Positions 43,369 through 53,927 of a DNA stretch of 64,000 bases are shown piece by piece (the first letter of the stretch is position 1; every line of letters starts with the position of its first letter). The notes below the pieces were generated by a model. It had not been told where the DNA came from and ran no database searches. It worked only from the letters and a program-made list of their open reading frames with translations. The position numbers and the translations under genes are program-made. This DNA is from an uncultured Planctomycetales bacterium. Its GTDB lineage: Bacteria > Omnitrophota > Gorgyraeia > Zapsychrales > JAHFFX01. The stretch spans positions 48,823 to 112,822 of the forward strand of contig CAYXGG010000003.1 of NCBI GenBank assembly GCA_964464475.1, given 5' to 3'.

Positions 43369-44238
43369 ATGAATCCTTGGCTCTTGGCCATTCGCCCCAG
43401 AACCTTACCTGCCGCAATAGCTCCGGTACTGATTGGAACGGCCATGGCGCTACGCGACGGCATTTTGCATATTCCTTCGGCTCTCCTGGCTTGCTTAGGT
43501 GCTTTGTTTATCCAAATCGGAACCAATCTCGCAAATGATTATTATGATTTTATTAAAGGAACGGATAAAAACAGAATAGGCCCAACTCGGGTGACTCAGG
43601 CCGGATTGATTGCCCCTCAAACAGTCAAAAAAGCATTTTGGCTTTTTTTTGGACTAGCGGCCGTATGTGCCTGTTTATTGCTAGGGAGGGGGGGATGGCC
43701 GATTGCCGTCATTGGTATTTTTTCGATCATTTCTGGGTTACTTTATACCGCTGGACCTTACCCACTTGGGTACTTAGGGCTAGGAGAAATTTTTGTTTTA
43801 ATTTTCTTTGGTCCCGTGGCTGTGGCGGGAACATATTACGTACAAACTCTAGACATGACCCTCCCGGTTCTGTTAGCAGGCTTAGCCTCAGGCTTAATTT
43901 CTGCGGCTATTTTGGCCGTTAATAACCTACGCGATAAGGAAGGTGATGCCCGTTCCCATAAGCGCACGTTAGCTGTACGTTTTGGCCTTAAATTCGCACG
44001 TTTAGAATTTGCCTTATGCCTGATAGGTGCCGCACTAATCCCCGTGATCCTGGTCAGCCTAACCCAGGATTTCTTTTATTCGTTAGCAGGATGTTTAATT
44101 ATTGTTCCATCAATTCCAGTGATCAAGGTAGTTAATTCCAGAACCGATGGCCCAGCGCTCAATAAAGCGTTAGCCGATACCGGAAAAATTCTTTTTATTT
44201 ACAGTATCTTATTTTCCCTCGGATGGATCTTATCCTGA
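43369..44238 (+). CDS. menA: 1,4-dihydroxy-2-naphthoate polyprenyltransferase.
   Basis: UbiA-family (NDYYDFIKGTDK...). The internal ATG was chosen because the track ORF N-terminus runs over the repeat element. A TTGAAT-N16-TAAAAT promoter-like sequence ends about 8 nt before the ATG, so the mRNA may be leaderless. Confidence 0.8.
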   Translation: MNPWLLAIRPRTLPAAIAPVLIGTAMALRDGILHIPSALLACLGALFIQIGTNLANDYYDFIKGTDKNRIGPTRVTQAGLIAPQTVKKAFWLFFGLAAVCACLLLGRGGWPIAVIGIFSIISGLLYTAGPYPLGYLGLGEIFVLIFFGPVAVAGTYYVQTLDMTLPVLLAGLASGLISAAILAVNNLRDKEGDARSHKRTLAVRFGLKFARLEFALCLIGAALIPVILVSLTQDFFYSLAGCLIIVPSIPVIKVVNSRTDGPALNKALADTGKILFIYSILFSLGWILS

Positions 44239-45344
44239 TAAAATCTTATCGTCTTTTTTCTTACGTGTTACCGTTTAAGAAACCGGTACGCATTAAAGGG
44301 CACGCGCTAACTAAGCGACAGGGATTATTAGTTCAATTATCTGATGGAAAATCGGTGGGCTGGGGCGAGGCAGCGCCACTGCCTCATTTTAGTCACGAAA
44401 CAACCGCACAGGCATTTAAACAACTACAGAAAATTCTGCCACGACTGATCACCACAACACAACAGCAGGGTTCGATAACAGCAGCCCAAGACTATTTAGA
44501 ATCAAAAAAGAATTATCCCTCGGTTGAATTTGCCTTGGAGTGCGCGCTACAGAATCTTTCCGACAACACTAAGCGACCTAGACAGAAAACCCCTAACTCA
44601 AACCACACGACTGTACTCGCCGTTCCCTTAAGCGGACTACTCCAGGGAAACTCTCGAGAAATTATTAACGAGGCTCATCGATTACAAAATTTGGGGGTAA
44701 CCTCATTTAAACTCAAGCTTAGCAATAACCACCAGCAAGACATTCAGCTATTACACAAACTTGACCGTTCTCTAAAACCAGGTATTGGGCTACGACTAGA
44801 TGCCAATCAACGCCTTAATTTTTCCGAGGCGGTAACGCTCATTTCGCGCTCTCCTCGCCACCGCATCGATTACATTGAAGAACCTTTCAGAAATTTGCAA
44901 ATAGCTGAAAAACTCTTTCAAGCAACTCAAACTCCTTACGCACTAGATGAAAGTTTAAGTAAAATTAGTTATAATGTTTTACCTAAACTAAAAGGGTTAA
45001 AAGCGCTTATTCTAAAACCCACCCTGCTGGGTGGATCAAAAAATTTGCGCCATTGGGTGACCTGGGGCAATAAATTAAAATTGCAAATAATTTTTAGCGC
45101 TTGTTTTGAAAGTTCTCTGGGCTTAAACCGAATCATCGGGTATATTCTTAAACTGCTCAAGCAGCCAGTGCCCCAGGGGTTAGACACTTATAAATATTTT
45201 AAGCACGAGCTGACCAGTTATCCGTTAACCATCAAGAATGGAAATTTGATCAGCGCTCCAACAATTAATCATATTGAAGTAATAACGCCGAACTTCATAA
45301 AGGATGTGACGTATGAACCCAATTATTCCTTGCCCGCTTGCTGA
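44223..45344 (+). CDS. menC: o-succinylbenzoate synthase (enolase superfamily).
   Basis: Enolase-superfamily MR/MLE-type barrel (KLKL...DANQ...DE). Overlaps menA by 16 nt. Confidence 0.7.
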   Translation: MDLILIKSYRLFSYVLPFKKPVRIKGHALTKRQGLLVQLSDGKSVGWGEAAPLPHFSHETTAQAFKQLQKILPRLITTTQQQGSITAAQDYLESKKNYPSVEFALECALQNLSDNTKRPRQKTPNSNHTTVLAVPLSGLLQGNSREIINEAHRLQNLGVTSFKLKLSNNHQQDIQLLHKLDRSLKPGIGLRLDANQRLNFSEAVTLISRSPRHRIDYIEEPFRNLQIAEKLFQATQTPYALDESLSKISYNVLPKLKGLKALILKPTLLGGSKNLRHWVTWGNKLKLQIIFSACFESSLGLNRIIGYILKLLKQPVPQGLDTYKYFKHELTSYPLTIKNGNLISAPTINHIEVITPNFIKDVTYEPNYSLPAC

Positions 45345-46779
45345 GGCAGCCAAAAAATTCAGCACACAACCAGCCCTGATCTACGGTCCTCGAGCCATCT
45401 CTTTTCGACAATTAGATCTCTGCGTGTCCTCAACCGCTAAGCAATTAAAAAAACTGGGCGTCCACAAAGGTCAACGCGTGGCACTCGCGGACGAGAGGAC
45501 GCTAGAATCCATCGTCATCTTATGGGCTCTGTGGAGAATTGGCGTGGTCGTTGGGTTACTGTCCAATAAACTCCCTGAAGACGCCTTTAACACTCAACTA
45601 AAGAAAATTAACGCTCAACTCTTGTTTACCTCAGAGAAAGCCTACATGGTTTCCCGTCGAATCCTACAACGCAAATTTAGACCTGATGAAGTCATTAGTT
45701 TTGATGTCAAAGAACCATCCAGTGGTAATCCAGAAAAAATGGATCTCTCTCAACCTGCCACCATTATTTTTACTTCAGGAAGCTCATCCGAGCCGAAAGC
45801 AGCATTACATACTTTGGGGAACCATGTGTACAGCGCTCTAGGAGCCAATATGAACATCTCCATCGAGAAGGGAGATAAATGGCTATTATCGTTACCGCTA
45901 TACCACGTCAGTGGTGTCAGTATCTTGTTTCGTTGTTTGCTGGGGGGGGGCACCATTATTATTCCTCGGGAAGATGAGGACATTCTACCCGCGATCCGCC
46001 GCAATAAAATCACCCATGTTTCATTAGTAACGACCCAATTATTTAGACTCATGAATAATGGCCCCTCGCAAACCGAATTATCTTCCATCAAATGTGTTCT
46101 GCTGGGAGGAGGCCCGATTCCTCCATCGTTGCTTAAAGATGCCGCGGAATTCGAATTACCCGTATATCCGACCTACGGTTTAACTGAAATGGCTTCTCAA
46201 GTTGCCACTGCAAATACGCCATTAAAAAATGCCGATGATAAACTGGAACTCAAAGTCTTGAAATATCGAGATCTTAAAATCTCTGGGCAAGGAGAGATTC
46301 TGGTCAAGGGAGAAACACTGTTTAAAGGTTATGTTGAAGCAGAGCGTATTAAATTACCTTTGAATAGCGAGGGTTGGTTTGAGACCGGGGACCTCGGGGA
46401 AATGGATCAAAACGGAAATTTGAAAATATGGGGACGAAAAGACAACATGTTTATATCCGGTGGAGAAAACATCCAACCGGAAGAAATTGAAAAATTACTT
46501 AACCAAAAAGAGGAAATTCTGGAGGCCCGGGTCATTCCGGTCAAAAATACAGAATTTGGCTTTCGTCCAGCTGCTTTTATTAAAATCCGTGAAACTGACA
46601 AGGAATTAACGACGGAATCGCTGCGTTCCTATTTAGGACAGCAGCTTCCTAAATTTAAAATTCCTGTAGCATTTTACCCCTGGCCCACCGAATTGGAGCG
46701 TGAAAATCTAAAAATTAGCCGCAAGGTGTTAAGCGAGCTACTAACCAATCCCCAGCGTCCTATTTCACCCATTTCTTAA
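45313..46779 (+). CDS. menE: o-succinylbenzoate--CoA ligase.
   Basis: AMP-binding motifs (TSGSSSEPK; YGLTE; GWFETGDLG). Contains a G9 homopolymer at about 45935-45943. Confidence 0.8.
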   Translation: MNPIIPCPLAEAAKKFSTQPALIYGPRAISFRQLDLCVSSTAKQLKKLGVHKGQRVALADERTLESIVILWALWRIGVVVGLLSNKLPEDAFNTQLKKINAQLLFTSEKAYMVSRRILQRKFRPDEVISFDVKEPSSGNPEKMDLSQPATIIFTSGSSSEPKAALHTLGNHVYSALGANMNISIEKGDKWLLSLPLYHVSGVSILFRCLLGGGTIIIPREDEDILPAIRRNKITHVSLVTTQLFRLMNNGPSQTELSSIKCVLLGGGPIPPSLLKDAAEFELPVYPTYGLTEMASQVATANTPLKNADDKLELKVLKYRDLKISGQGEILVKGETLFKGYVEAERIKLPLNSEGWFETGDLGEMDQNGNLKIWGRKDNMFISGGENIQPEEIEKLLNQKEEILEARVIPVKNTEFGFRPAAFIKIRETDKELTTESLRSYLGQQLPKFKIPVAFYPWPTELERENLKISRKVLSELLTNPQRPISPIS

Positions 46780-47164
46780 GCGACAACCGCATTTTAGGTG
46801 GTAAGGGGATTTTCTTATTAGTTTCTTGGCTAATGGTTACGTGAACGGTTTTTGCTGTACCAACCAGTACTTCCTTTACGTTAAAAATTTGATAACTAAA
46901 GGTAAAAGACGTCGTCCCAATGTGAGCAACCCTGATGGTAATAATAAGCCGATCACCAACAAAAAGTGGCTTTTTATAAGTTGCCTCGGCATGAACAATC
47001 GGTAAGAAAAAACTGGTTTTTCGGAGCATATGAGAAAAACTGAAACCCATTTTTTCCAACAGGGCTTCATACGCGTCATGAATGATGGAAAATTGATGGC
47101 TAAAAAAAAGCCTACCGGCAGCGTCGGTTTCATGCAATTTCACGGTGTGTGCATAGGTAAACAT
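46760..47164 (-). CDS. Hotdog-fold acyl-CoA thioesterase (4HBT/YbgC-like), a candidate DHNA-CoA thioesterase.
   Basis: 134 aa, 4HBT-like (HETDAAGRLFFSHQF). Convergent with menE and overlapping its end. Confidence 0.65.
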   Translation of the reverse strand: MFTYAHTVKLHETDAAGRLFFSHQFSIIHDAYEALLEKMGFSFSHMLRKTSFFLPIVHAEATYKKPLFVGDRLIITIRVAHIGTTSFTFSYQIFNVKEVLVGTAKTVHVTISQETNKKIPLPPKMRLSLKKWVK

Positions 47165-47257
47165 ATGATCTCCTTTGTAATTTTCCTTTAGTTTAAACCC
47201 GTCGGAGAAAAATTCAAACTTTTCCTCTAATTATTAAATTAAGAAGCGTTTTACTTA

Positions 47258-47285
47258 TTGACAAATGAATCTAAAGGGTTAATAT
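47258..47285 (+). promoter_or_regulatory. Sigma70-like promoter for the aquaporin gene (TTGACA-N16-TAATAT).
   Basis: Consensus -35 hexamer, about 60 nt upstream of the ATG, with a strong CAGGAGGAG ribosome-binding site. Confidence 0.45.
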
Positions 47286-47345
47286 AAGGAACATTTTTTT
47301 AGCATTTTTCGTTATTCCAATCAACCATCAGAATCAGGAGGAGTT

Positions 47346-48014
47346 ATGAACCTAAAAGCTTTGGTTGCGGAATTTATCGGCACTTTTGCGTTAATTTTTA
47401 TTGGCGTTGGTGCTATTGCCGGCAATCATTTAGGTAATGGAGCAACTGGTCTAACGGGTATCGCTCTAGCGCATGGTTTAGCCATTGCCGTGATGGTGAC
47501 GGCGACCGCGGCGGTTAGCGGTGGGCATCTTAATCCTGCGGTAACAATTGGCTTACTTTCGGTTGGCAAAATTGAAATTGGTAATGCCTTAGGCTATATT
47601 TTGGCCCAATGCTTTGGGGCTATTAGTGCGGCGGCCTTAATCAAATTATGCGTTCCGGCTGACGCTCTGGCTGCCGTTGGCATGGGAACCCCGTCTTTAG
47701 GCGCCCATATTTCAGTCACAATGGGGTTAATTACAGAAATCATTTTAACCTTTTTCTTAGCGTTTGTTGTTTTGGGATCCGCGGTTGATCAACGCGCTCC
47801 CAAAATGGGGGGACTTTTTATTGGGTTAACCGTCGCTTTAGATATCTTGATGGGAGGACCGATTTCTGGAGCTGCCATGAACCCGGCTCGCCATCTGGGA
47901 CCAGCATTGCTCGGAGGCGGACTGGACAATATCTGGCTATATTGGGTTGGACCTATTGTGGGTGCGGTATTGGCCGCTCAAATTTATAAAAACATTTTAG
48001 AACAGAAAACTTAA
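47346..48014 (+). CDS. aqpZ: MIP-family channel (aquaporin Z / glycerol facilitator-like).
   Basis: Two NPA boxes (GGHLNPAVT; AAMNPAR). 222 aa. Confidence 0.85.
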   Translation: MNLKALVAEFIGTFALIFIGVGAIAGNHLGNGATGLTGIALAHGLAIAVMVTATAAVSGGHLNPAVTIGLLSVGKIEIGNALGYILAQCFGAISAAALIKLCVPADALAAVGMGTPSLGAHISVTMGLITEIILTFFLAFVVLGSAVDQRAPKMGGLFIGLTVALDILMGGPISGAAMNPARHLGPALLGGGLDNIWLYWVGPIVGAVLAAQIYKNILEQKT

Positions 48015-48035
48015 GAAGCAGAAAGGAGTCGACAC

Positions 48036-48548
48036 ATGTCTGAACGACAAGGAGCCATAACATTAAAAGGTAATCCGATGACCTTAACGGGTTCGGAATT
48101 AAAAGTAGGTGATGCCGCCCCAGACGTCACTTTGGTCGCCAACGATTTATCGGAAATTAAGCTATCGTCTTACAAAGGCAAAAAATCGATCATTCTAACC
48201 ATACCCTCTTTGGATACGCCGGTTTGTGATACGGAAACCCGTCGTTTTAACGTTGAGGCCTCCAAACTGGCGGATGTCAAAGTTCTGGCCGTCAGCATGG
48301 ATCTTCCCTTTGCTCAAAAAAGATGGTGCGCTGCGGCGGGTATTCAGAATGTACAAACCTTGTCAGATTATCGATACGCTGATGCGGGAAATAAATTGGG
48401 CGTCATGATCAAAGAACTAAAACTACTCGCTCGCGCCGTTTTTGTCATTGATTCAAACGGAAAATTGGCCCATGTGCAACTGGTCAAAGAAGTCGCCAGC
48501 GAACCTGATTATAACGCGGTCTTAGAAGCGGTTAAAAAAGCGGCGTAA
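48036..48548 (+). CDS. tpx: Thiol peroxidase.
   Basis: Tpx-type peroxiredoxin (DTPVCDTE peroxidatic Cys plus a resolving Cys). Confidence 0.88.
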   Translation: MSERQGAITLKGNPMTLTGSELKVGDAAPDVTLVANDLSEIKLSSYKGKKSIILTIPSLDTPVCDTETRRFNVEASKLADVKVLAVSMDLPFAQKRWCAAAGIQNVQTLSDYRYADAGNKLGVMIKELKLLARAVFVIDSNGKLAHVQLVKEVASEPDYNAVLEAVKKAA

Positions 48549-48577
48549 TTTTTAATTCAAAATTAAGGAGGCTTATC

Positions 48578-49204
48578 ATGGCTTTTAGTTTACCGAAATT
48601 GGCTTATGACTATACGGCTCTGGAGCCGCATATCGACGCCAAAACAATGGAAATTCATCACAGCAAGCATCACCAAGCCTACGTGGATAATTGTAATAAT
48701 GCTCTCAAAGGGAATGCTGAATTAGAGGCAAAATCACTGGATCAACTTATCGCCCATATTGGCGCTGTTCCCGAAAACATCCGCGCCGCCGTCCGTAATA
48801 ACGGAGGAGGGCATGCTAACCATTCTTTATTCTGGAACATTATTGCTCCTCATGCTGGCGGAGAACCTAAGGGAGAAATTGCTGACGCGATCAATAAAGA
48901 ATTTGGTAGTTTGGCAACTTTTAAAGAAAAATTTGAAACAGCGGCAAAAACTCGCTTTGGCAGTGGCTGGGCCTGGTTTGCGGTGCAAAATGGCAAGCTG
49001 GCTGTTGGTTCAACGCCTAATCAAGATAATCCCACCATGGATGTTTCTGATTTTAAGGGTGTTCCCATTCTAGGGCTTGATGTTTGGGAGCACGCCTACT
49101 ACTTAAAATATCAAAATCGACGCCCCGAATATGTCACCGCTTTTTGGAATGTTGTCAATTGGACTGCGGTGAACGAGCTTTATAAAAAAGCCATCAAGAA
49201 GTAA
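48578..49204 (+). CDS. sod: Fe/Mn superoxide dismutase.
   Basis: [22 protein letters not shown] and the DVWEHAYY motif. Confidence 0.92.
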   Translation: MAFSLPKLAYDYTALEPHIDAKTMEIHHSKHHQAYVDNCNNALKGNAELEAKSLDQLIAHIGAVPENIRAAVRNNGGGHANHSLFWNIIAPHAGGEPKGEIADAINKEFGSLATFKEKFETAAKTRFGSGWAWFAVQNGKLAVGSTPNQDNPTMDVSDFKGVPILGLDVWEHAYYLKYQNRRPEYVTAFWNVVNWTAVNELYKKAIKK

Positions 49205-49221
49205 TAATAAGATAGCATCCT

Positions 49222-49255
49222 CAGGGCGGATTTTCCGACGGAAAATCCGCCCTGA
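49222..49255 (+). terminator. Rho-independent-like terminator hairpin downstream of sod.
   Basis: CAGGGCGGATTTTCCGACGGAAAATCCGCCCTGA is a 12-bp perfect stem. Confidence 0.65.
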
Positions 49256-49286
49256 CAAATTACTTAAAAAATTTTCGCGCATTAGC

Positions 49287-49314
49287 TTGACACTACCAAA
49301 ACATTTTTTATACT
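49287..49314 (+). promoter_or_regulatory. Sigma70-like promoter (TTGACA-N16-TATACT) about 200 nt upstream of nrdA.
   Basis: Near-consensus hexamers. It implies a long (~195 nt) nrdA leader. Confidence 0.45.
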
Positions 49315-49515
49315 ACATCTAGTGGTTTAAAAACATCAACCGCAAAATATAGTAGCAGTAATTAATTTTGATTCCGGCCCTCGTTGACCGTTAATATAAA
49401 AGCAATCTTCAAATAAGATGACACAGCAGCTCTTCCAAATTAGTAAAAATTCATTCTCTCACTTAAGTTATAAAAACCCTCGTTTGAATAGGACCCGCTA
49501 AGGAGGATCATTTTC

Positions 49516-52500
49516 ATGTCGCAAGAAACCATCCTGGTCACCAACATGAAAGTTAAAAAGCGTAACGGGCAAGTCGTATCGTTTAACTCCATTCGCATTT
49601 CCAACGCCATCGCCAATTCTTTCAAAGAGCACTTACGTTTACCCCGCGAAGTTGATTTAGCAGACACGACCGGAGATGCCGTTGATAAAGTCACGCAATG
49701 CGTACTATCGGTTTTAAAAGGACGCATCCTTAATAAAGAATTCTTGACGGTCGAAGAAATCCAGGATGAAGTCATTCGTCAGCTTTATGAAAACGGGCAC
49801 AAAGAAGTCGGCGAACGTTATGCGAGTTACCGTCGCCATCATGCTGCCCGCCGGGCTCTCTTTGAACTTTACACGACCACTAAACGAGATGGAAAAGTGG
49901 TCTCCTTTAAACCAGAAAAGATTACATTAGCGATTGCCAAAGCGTTTCGCGCCAGCAACAATGGAGAACTCAACGAAATTTTGATTGAAAAATCACGCGA
50001 GCTTTCCGATAAAGTCGTCGCCGAGGTCAAGAAACTCTGGCCGGAAGGAAAATCTGTCCACATTGAAGAATTGCAGGACATTGTCGAGCGCACTTTAATG
50101 GGATCTGGCTATCATGACGTGGCCCGACGCTACATTCTCTATCGAGAAGAGCACGCCAAAATTCGCAAAATCCAGCCGGAAGAATCGACATCTCCAATTA
50201 CCTGGGCCAAAAATATTCTCGTTAAATCAGAAACCGGTGAAGAAAAACCCATTGATCTTGAACACATTCGTTTTCAAATTGAGACCTGCTGTAAAGGTTT
50301 AAAGGACGTCTCCGCCGAAAAAATCTTTAACGAAGCGTTGAAGAATTATTACAATGGCATCACCGATCATAAAATAGCCATTTCCAACATTATGGCCGCC
50401 CGTTCATTAATTGAGATTGAACCGAATTACAGCTATGTTGCCGGCCGTCTCTTATTACTTTCTGAATACAAAGAAGCTTTAGGAAAAGAAGTCAGCTTTG
50501 AGGATATCAAAAAAGAATATCCCATCTACTTAAAACAGTTTATCGATTACGCCATATCCAAAGACCTTTTAAATCCGGATTTAAAACAATTCGACTTAGA
50601 TCTTCTCGGCTCGAAAATGGATCCGTCTCGCGATTTTCTGTTCCGTTACATGGGATTACAGACCCTTTACGACCGATATTTTATCCATTGGGATGATCGT
50701 CGGATTGAATTACCTCAAGTATTCTGGATGCGGGTAGCTATGGGTCTAGCCAGAAATGAGGGCGAGCAGAAGAACCAACGGGCGCTAGAATTCTATCATG
50801 CGCTTTCGACACTACGCTTCATGTCTTCGACCCCGACTTTGTTTAATTCGGGGACCATGCACTCGCAACTTTCCTCATGTTTTTTAACCACCGTCAACGA
50901 TGACTTGTTTCATATTTTTAAATGCATCCAAGATGATGCCATGCTGTCCAAATGGAGTGGCGGTCTAGGTAATGACTGGACTAATGTTCGAGCGATGGGC
51001 TCACGCATTAAAGGCACTAACGGCCGTAGCCAAGGAGTCATTCCGTTTTTAAAAGTCGCCAATGACACCGCTTTAGCCGTTAATCAAGGAGGGAAGCGGC
51101 AAGGTGCTATGTGCGCTTATTTAGAAGCCTGGCATTTGGATATTGAAGAATTTCTTGAATTAAGAAAAAACACTGGAGACGACCGACGCCGCACGCATGA
51201 TATGCATACCGCTAATTGGATTCCGGATCTATTCATGAAGCGGGTCAAACAGAATGCTCCCTGGACACTCTTTACTCCTAGCGAAGCTCCGGATTTGCAT
51301 CACCTTTTTGGCCAAGCCTTTGAGAAACGATACGAAGAGTACGAGCAAATGGCGAAAGAGGGGAAAATAAAACATTTTCGCGTTCTTTCGGCTGTTCAAT
51401 TGTGGCGAAAAATGCTCAGTATGCTCTTTGAAACGGGACATCCTTGGATCACCTTTAAGGATCCGTCCAATGTACGCTCACCTCAAGATCATGTGGGTGT
51501 TGTGCATAGCTCTAACCTCTGTACAGAAATTCTCTTAAATACGTCCGAAGAAGAAACGGCGGTTTGTAATCTTGGTTCCATCAATCTGGCGGCGCACACA
51601 ACGGCCCAAGGGCTCGATCATGATTTACTTAAAGCCACCATCGTTACGGCTATGCGTATGTTGGACAACGTTATTGATATTAATTATTATCCAACCAAAG
51701 AATCGCAAAACGCCAATTACCGCCACCGTCCGGTAGGGCTTGGCATCATGGGTTTTCAAGACGCCCTTTATATTCAAGACCTCAGTTACGCATCTCCTCA
51801 GGCGGTCCAATTTGCCGATGAGAGTATGGAGGCTATTTCCTACTATGCGTTACTAGGATCCGCGGAATTAGCTAAAGAACGAGGCAAATATTCCACTTAT
51901 ACAGGCTCGAAATGGGATCGTGGCATGCTGCCATTAGACACGCTATTTTTATTAGAAAAAGAGCGTGGAGGATACCTGGATGTTGATCGTTCTTCACAAA
52001 TGGACTGGGCACCCGTCAGAAATGCCATCAAACAACACGGCCTAAGAAATAGTCTCTCCATGGCAATTGCCCCGACGGCCACGATCGGCAATATTGTTGG
52101 CGTCACCGCTTCCATTGAACCCATGTACAAAAACGTTTTTGTGAAAAGCAATCTTTCCGGTGAATTCACGGTCATCAACGAATACCTAGTAGAGGATTTA
52201 AAAAAACTCGGTATTTGGGACGCCGAAATGGTCAGCGATCTCAAATATTTTGATGGGAGTGTTCAGGAAATTACCCGAATCCCCGATAATTTAAAAGCCA
52301 AGTACGCGACCGCCTTTGAAATTGACTACGAGTGGATCATTGACGCAGCCAGCCGTCGACAGAAATGGATTGATCAAGGACAATCTTTAAACCTCTATCA
52401 AGCCAAACCTAGCGGCAAAAAAGTTAGCGACATGTACATGCTAGCCTGGGAAAAGGGCCTCAAAACAACCTATTATCTGCGTTCCATGGGTGCGACTCGA

Positions 52501-52641
52501 ATTGAAAAAAGCACTTTGGACGTCACCAAATACGCCAATGTTGTTGGACAGCGCACCCGAGATGATAAGGGCAAAGTAGCGGCATCGCCTAACAATGGCC
52601 CGACGGCTGAACCTAAAGAAGATTGTGAAGCTTGTCAATAA
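49516..52641 (+). CDS. nrdA: Class I ribonucleotide reductase alpha subunit with three N-terminal ATP-cone domains.
   Basis: 1041 aa. Three successive ATP-cone-like segments ([11 protein letters not shown]..; [15 protein letters not shown]..; a third before the catalytic core). Catalytic Cys/Asn/Glu and a C-terminal CEAC tail. Strong TAAGGAGGA ribosome-binding site. Confidence 0.9.
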   Translation: MSQETILVTNMKVKKRNGQVVSFNSIRISNAIANSFKEHLRLPREVDLADTTGDAVDKVTQCVLSVLKGRILNKEFLTVEEIQDEVIRQLYENGHKEVGERYASYRRHHAARRALFELYTTTKRDGKVVSFKPEKITLAIAKAFRASNNGELNEILIEKSRELSDKVVAEVKKLWPEGKSVHIEELQDIVERTLMGSGYHDVARRYILYREEHAKIRKIQPEESTSPITWAKNILVKSETGEEKPIDLEHIRFQIETCCKGLKDVSAEKIFNEALKNYYNGITDHKIAISNIMAARSLIEIEPNYSYVAGRLLLLSEYKEALGKEVSFEDIKKEYPIYLKQFIDYAISKDLLNPDLKQFDLDLLGSKMDPSRDFLFRYMGLQTLYDRYFIHWDDRRIELPQVFWMRVAMGLARNEGEQKNQRALEFYHALSTLRFMSSTPTLFNSGTMHSQLSSCFLTTVNDDLFHIFKCIQDDAMLSKWSGGLGNDWTNVRAMGSRIKGTNGRSQGVIPFLKVANDTALAVNQGGKRQGAMCAYLEAWHLDIEEFLELRKNTGDDRRRTHDMHTANWIPDLFMKRVKQNAPWTLFTPSEAPDLHHLFGQAFEKRYEEYEQMAKEGKIKHFRVLSAVQLWRKMLSMLFETGHPWITFKDPSNVRSPQDHVGVVHSSNLCTEILLNTSEEETAVCNLGSINLAAHTTAQGLDHDLLKATIVTAMRMLDNVIDINYYPTKESQNANYRHRPVGLGIMGFQDALYIQDLSYASPQAVQFADESMEAISYYALLGSAELAKERGKYSTYTGSKWDRGMLPLDTLFLLEKERGGYLDVDRSSQMDWAPVRNAIKQHGLRNSLSMAIAPTATIGNIVGVTASIEPMYKNVFVKSNLSGEFTVINEYLVEDLKKLGIWDAEMVSDLKYFDGSVQEITRIPDNLKAKYATAFEIDYEWIIDAASRRQKWIDQGQSLNLYQAKPSGKKVSDMYMLAWEKGLKTTYYLRSMGATRIEKSTLDVTKYANVVGQRTRDDKGKVAASPNNGPTAEPKEDCEACQ

Positions 52642-52691
52642 ATTGAGTAAACTTTTTTCCGTACAAATCCACTTAAAGTAGTGAGGAGGTC

Positions 52692-53795
52692 ATGATGCCT
52701 GAGATCACACCTGAAACAACCCCCAACAACCGTGAATGCAAAAACCTTTCTGGTTCTTCAGCATTACGGATGACACGAGACCGCGTGTCTGCAGACAACA
52801 AACATTTAATTAATAACGGGCGTACCGTTGACGTTAACCAGCTCGTGCCTATTAAGTATCAATGGGCTTGGCATTTTTATCTGGATGGCTGCGCCAACCA
52901 CTGGATGCCGACCGAAGTTTCCATGCAACGCGACATTGAACAATGGAAAAATCCTAAAGCTTTCACGGATGATGAACGACATGTCATTAAAAGAAATCTA
53001 GGGTTTTTCTCGACGGCAGAAACGCTCGTGGGGAACAATATCGTACTTTCCATCTATAAATTGGTAGATAACCCAGAATGTCGCCAATACCTTTTACGTC
53101 AAGCCTTTGAGGAAGCCATTCATGTTCATGCTTTTCAATACATTATCGAATCCTTATCTATGGATGAAGGCGAATTATTTAATATGTATCGCGAAAACAA
53201 AGAAATTTACGAAAAAGACGAATTCTCCATGAGTTGCACCGATGGGATCCTTGATGAAAATGTTGACCTAAACACCGTTGAAGGGAAACAGCGTTTCCTT
53301 AACAACCTGGTTGGCTTTTATGTCGTCACCGAGGGGATTTTCTTTTATAGCGGCTTTGTCACCATGCTATCATTTGGCCGACAAAACCGTATGCCGGGAA
53401 CCTGCGAACAAATTCAATATATCTTACGAGATGAGAGCATTCATATGAATTTTGGCATCGCACTGATCAACGGTATCATCGATGAGCATCCCGAGGTTTG
53501 GACGAAAGATTTCCAAGACTATATTGTCCAACGCATTAAAAAAGCCGTTGAACTGGAAGTATCTTACGCCCAAGAATGCCTCCCCAGAGGAGTCCTGGGA
53601 CTGAATGTACCCCTTATGAGAGAATACGTCCAATATATCGCGGATCGTCGGCTGGAAAAATTGCGTCTACCCAAGCAATATTTCTCGGAGAATCCTTTTC
53701 CTTGGATGAGCGAGGTCATTGATTTAAAGAAAGAAAAGAATTTCTTTGAAACACGAGTCACGGAATATCAAACGGGTGGAGCTCTGGAGTGGTAA
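52692..53795 (+). CDS. nrdB: Ribonucleotide reductase beta subunit with Phe at the radical-Tyr position (class Ic-like).
   Basis: The ferritin-like [13 protein letters not shown] aligns to E. coli ETIHSRSYTHII, with F in place of Y122. Glu sits at the first metal-ligand position. GAGGAGG ribosome-binding site. Confidence 0.85.
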   Translation: MMPEITPETTPNNRECKNLSGSSALRMTRDRVSADNKHLINNGRTVDVNQLVPIKYQWAWHFYLDGCANHWMPTEVSMQRDIEQWKNPKAFTDDERHVIKRNLGFFSTAETLVGNNIVLSIYKLVDNPECRQYLLRQAFEEAIHVHAFQYIIESLSMDEGELFNMYRENKEIYEKDEFSMSCTDGILDENVDLNTVEGKQRFLNNLVGFYVVTEGIFFYSGFVTMLSFGRQNRMPGTCEQIQYILRDESIHMNFGIALINGIIDEHPEVWTKDFQDYIVQRIKKAVELEVSYAQECLPRGVLGLNVPLMREYVQYIADRRLEKLRLPKQYFSENPFPWMSEVIDLKKEKNFFETRVTEYQTGGALEW

Positions 53796-53821
53796 AATTG
53801 CCAGGGAATCATTAAAAACCC

Positions 53822-53849
53822 AAAGGGCCCTGCGCTAGCAGGGCCCTTT
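53822..53849 (+). terminator. Terminator hairpin downstream of nrdB.
   Basis: AAAGGGCCCTGC/GCAGGGCCCTTT is a 12-bp stem. Confidence 0.55.
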
Positions 53850-53927
53850 GAGTTTCAATGAGAATTTGCAAAGTTACCCTATATACTCTATACTGCAACT
53901 CTCAATTCTTTAATCAACTAAACAAAA

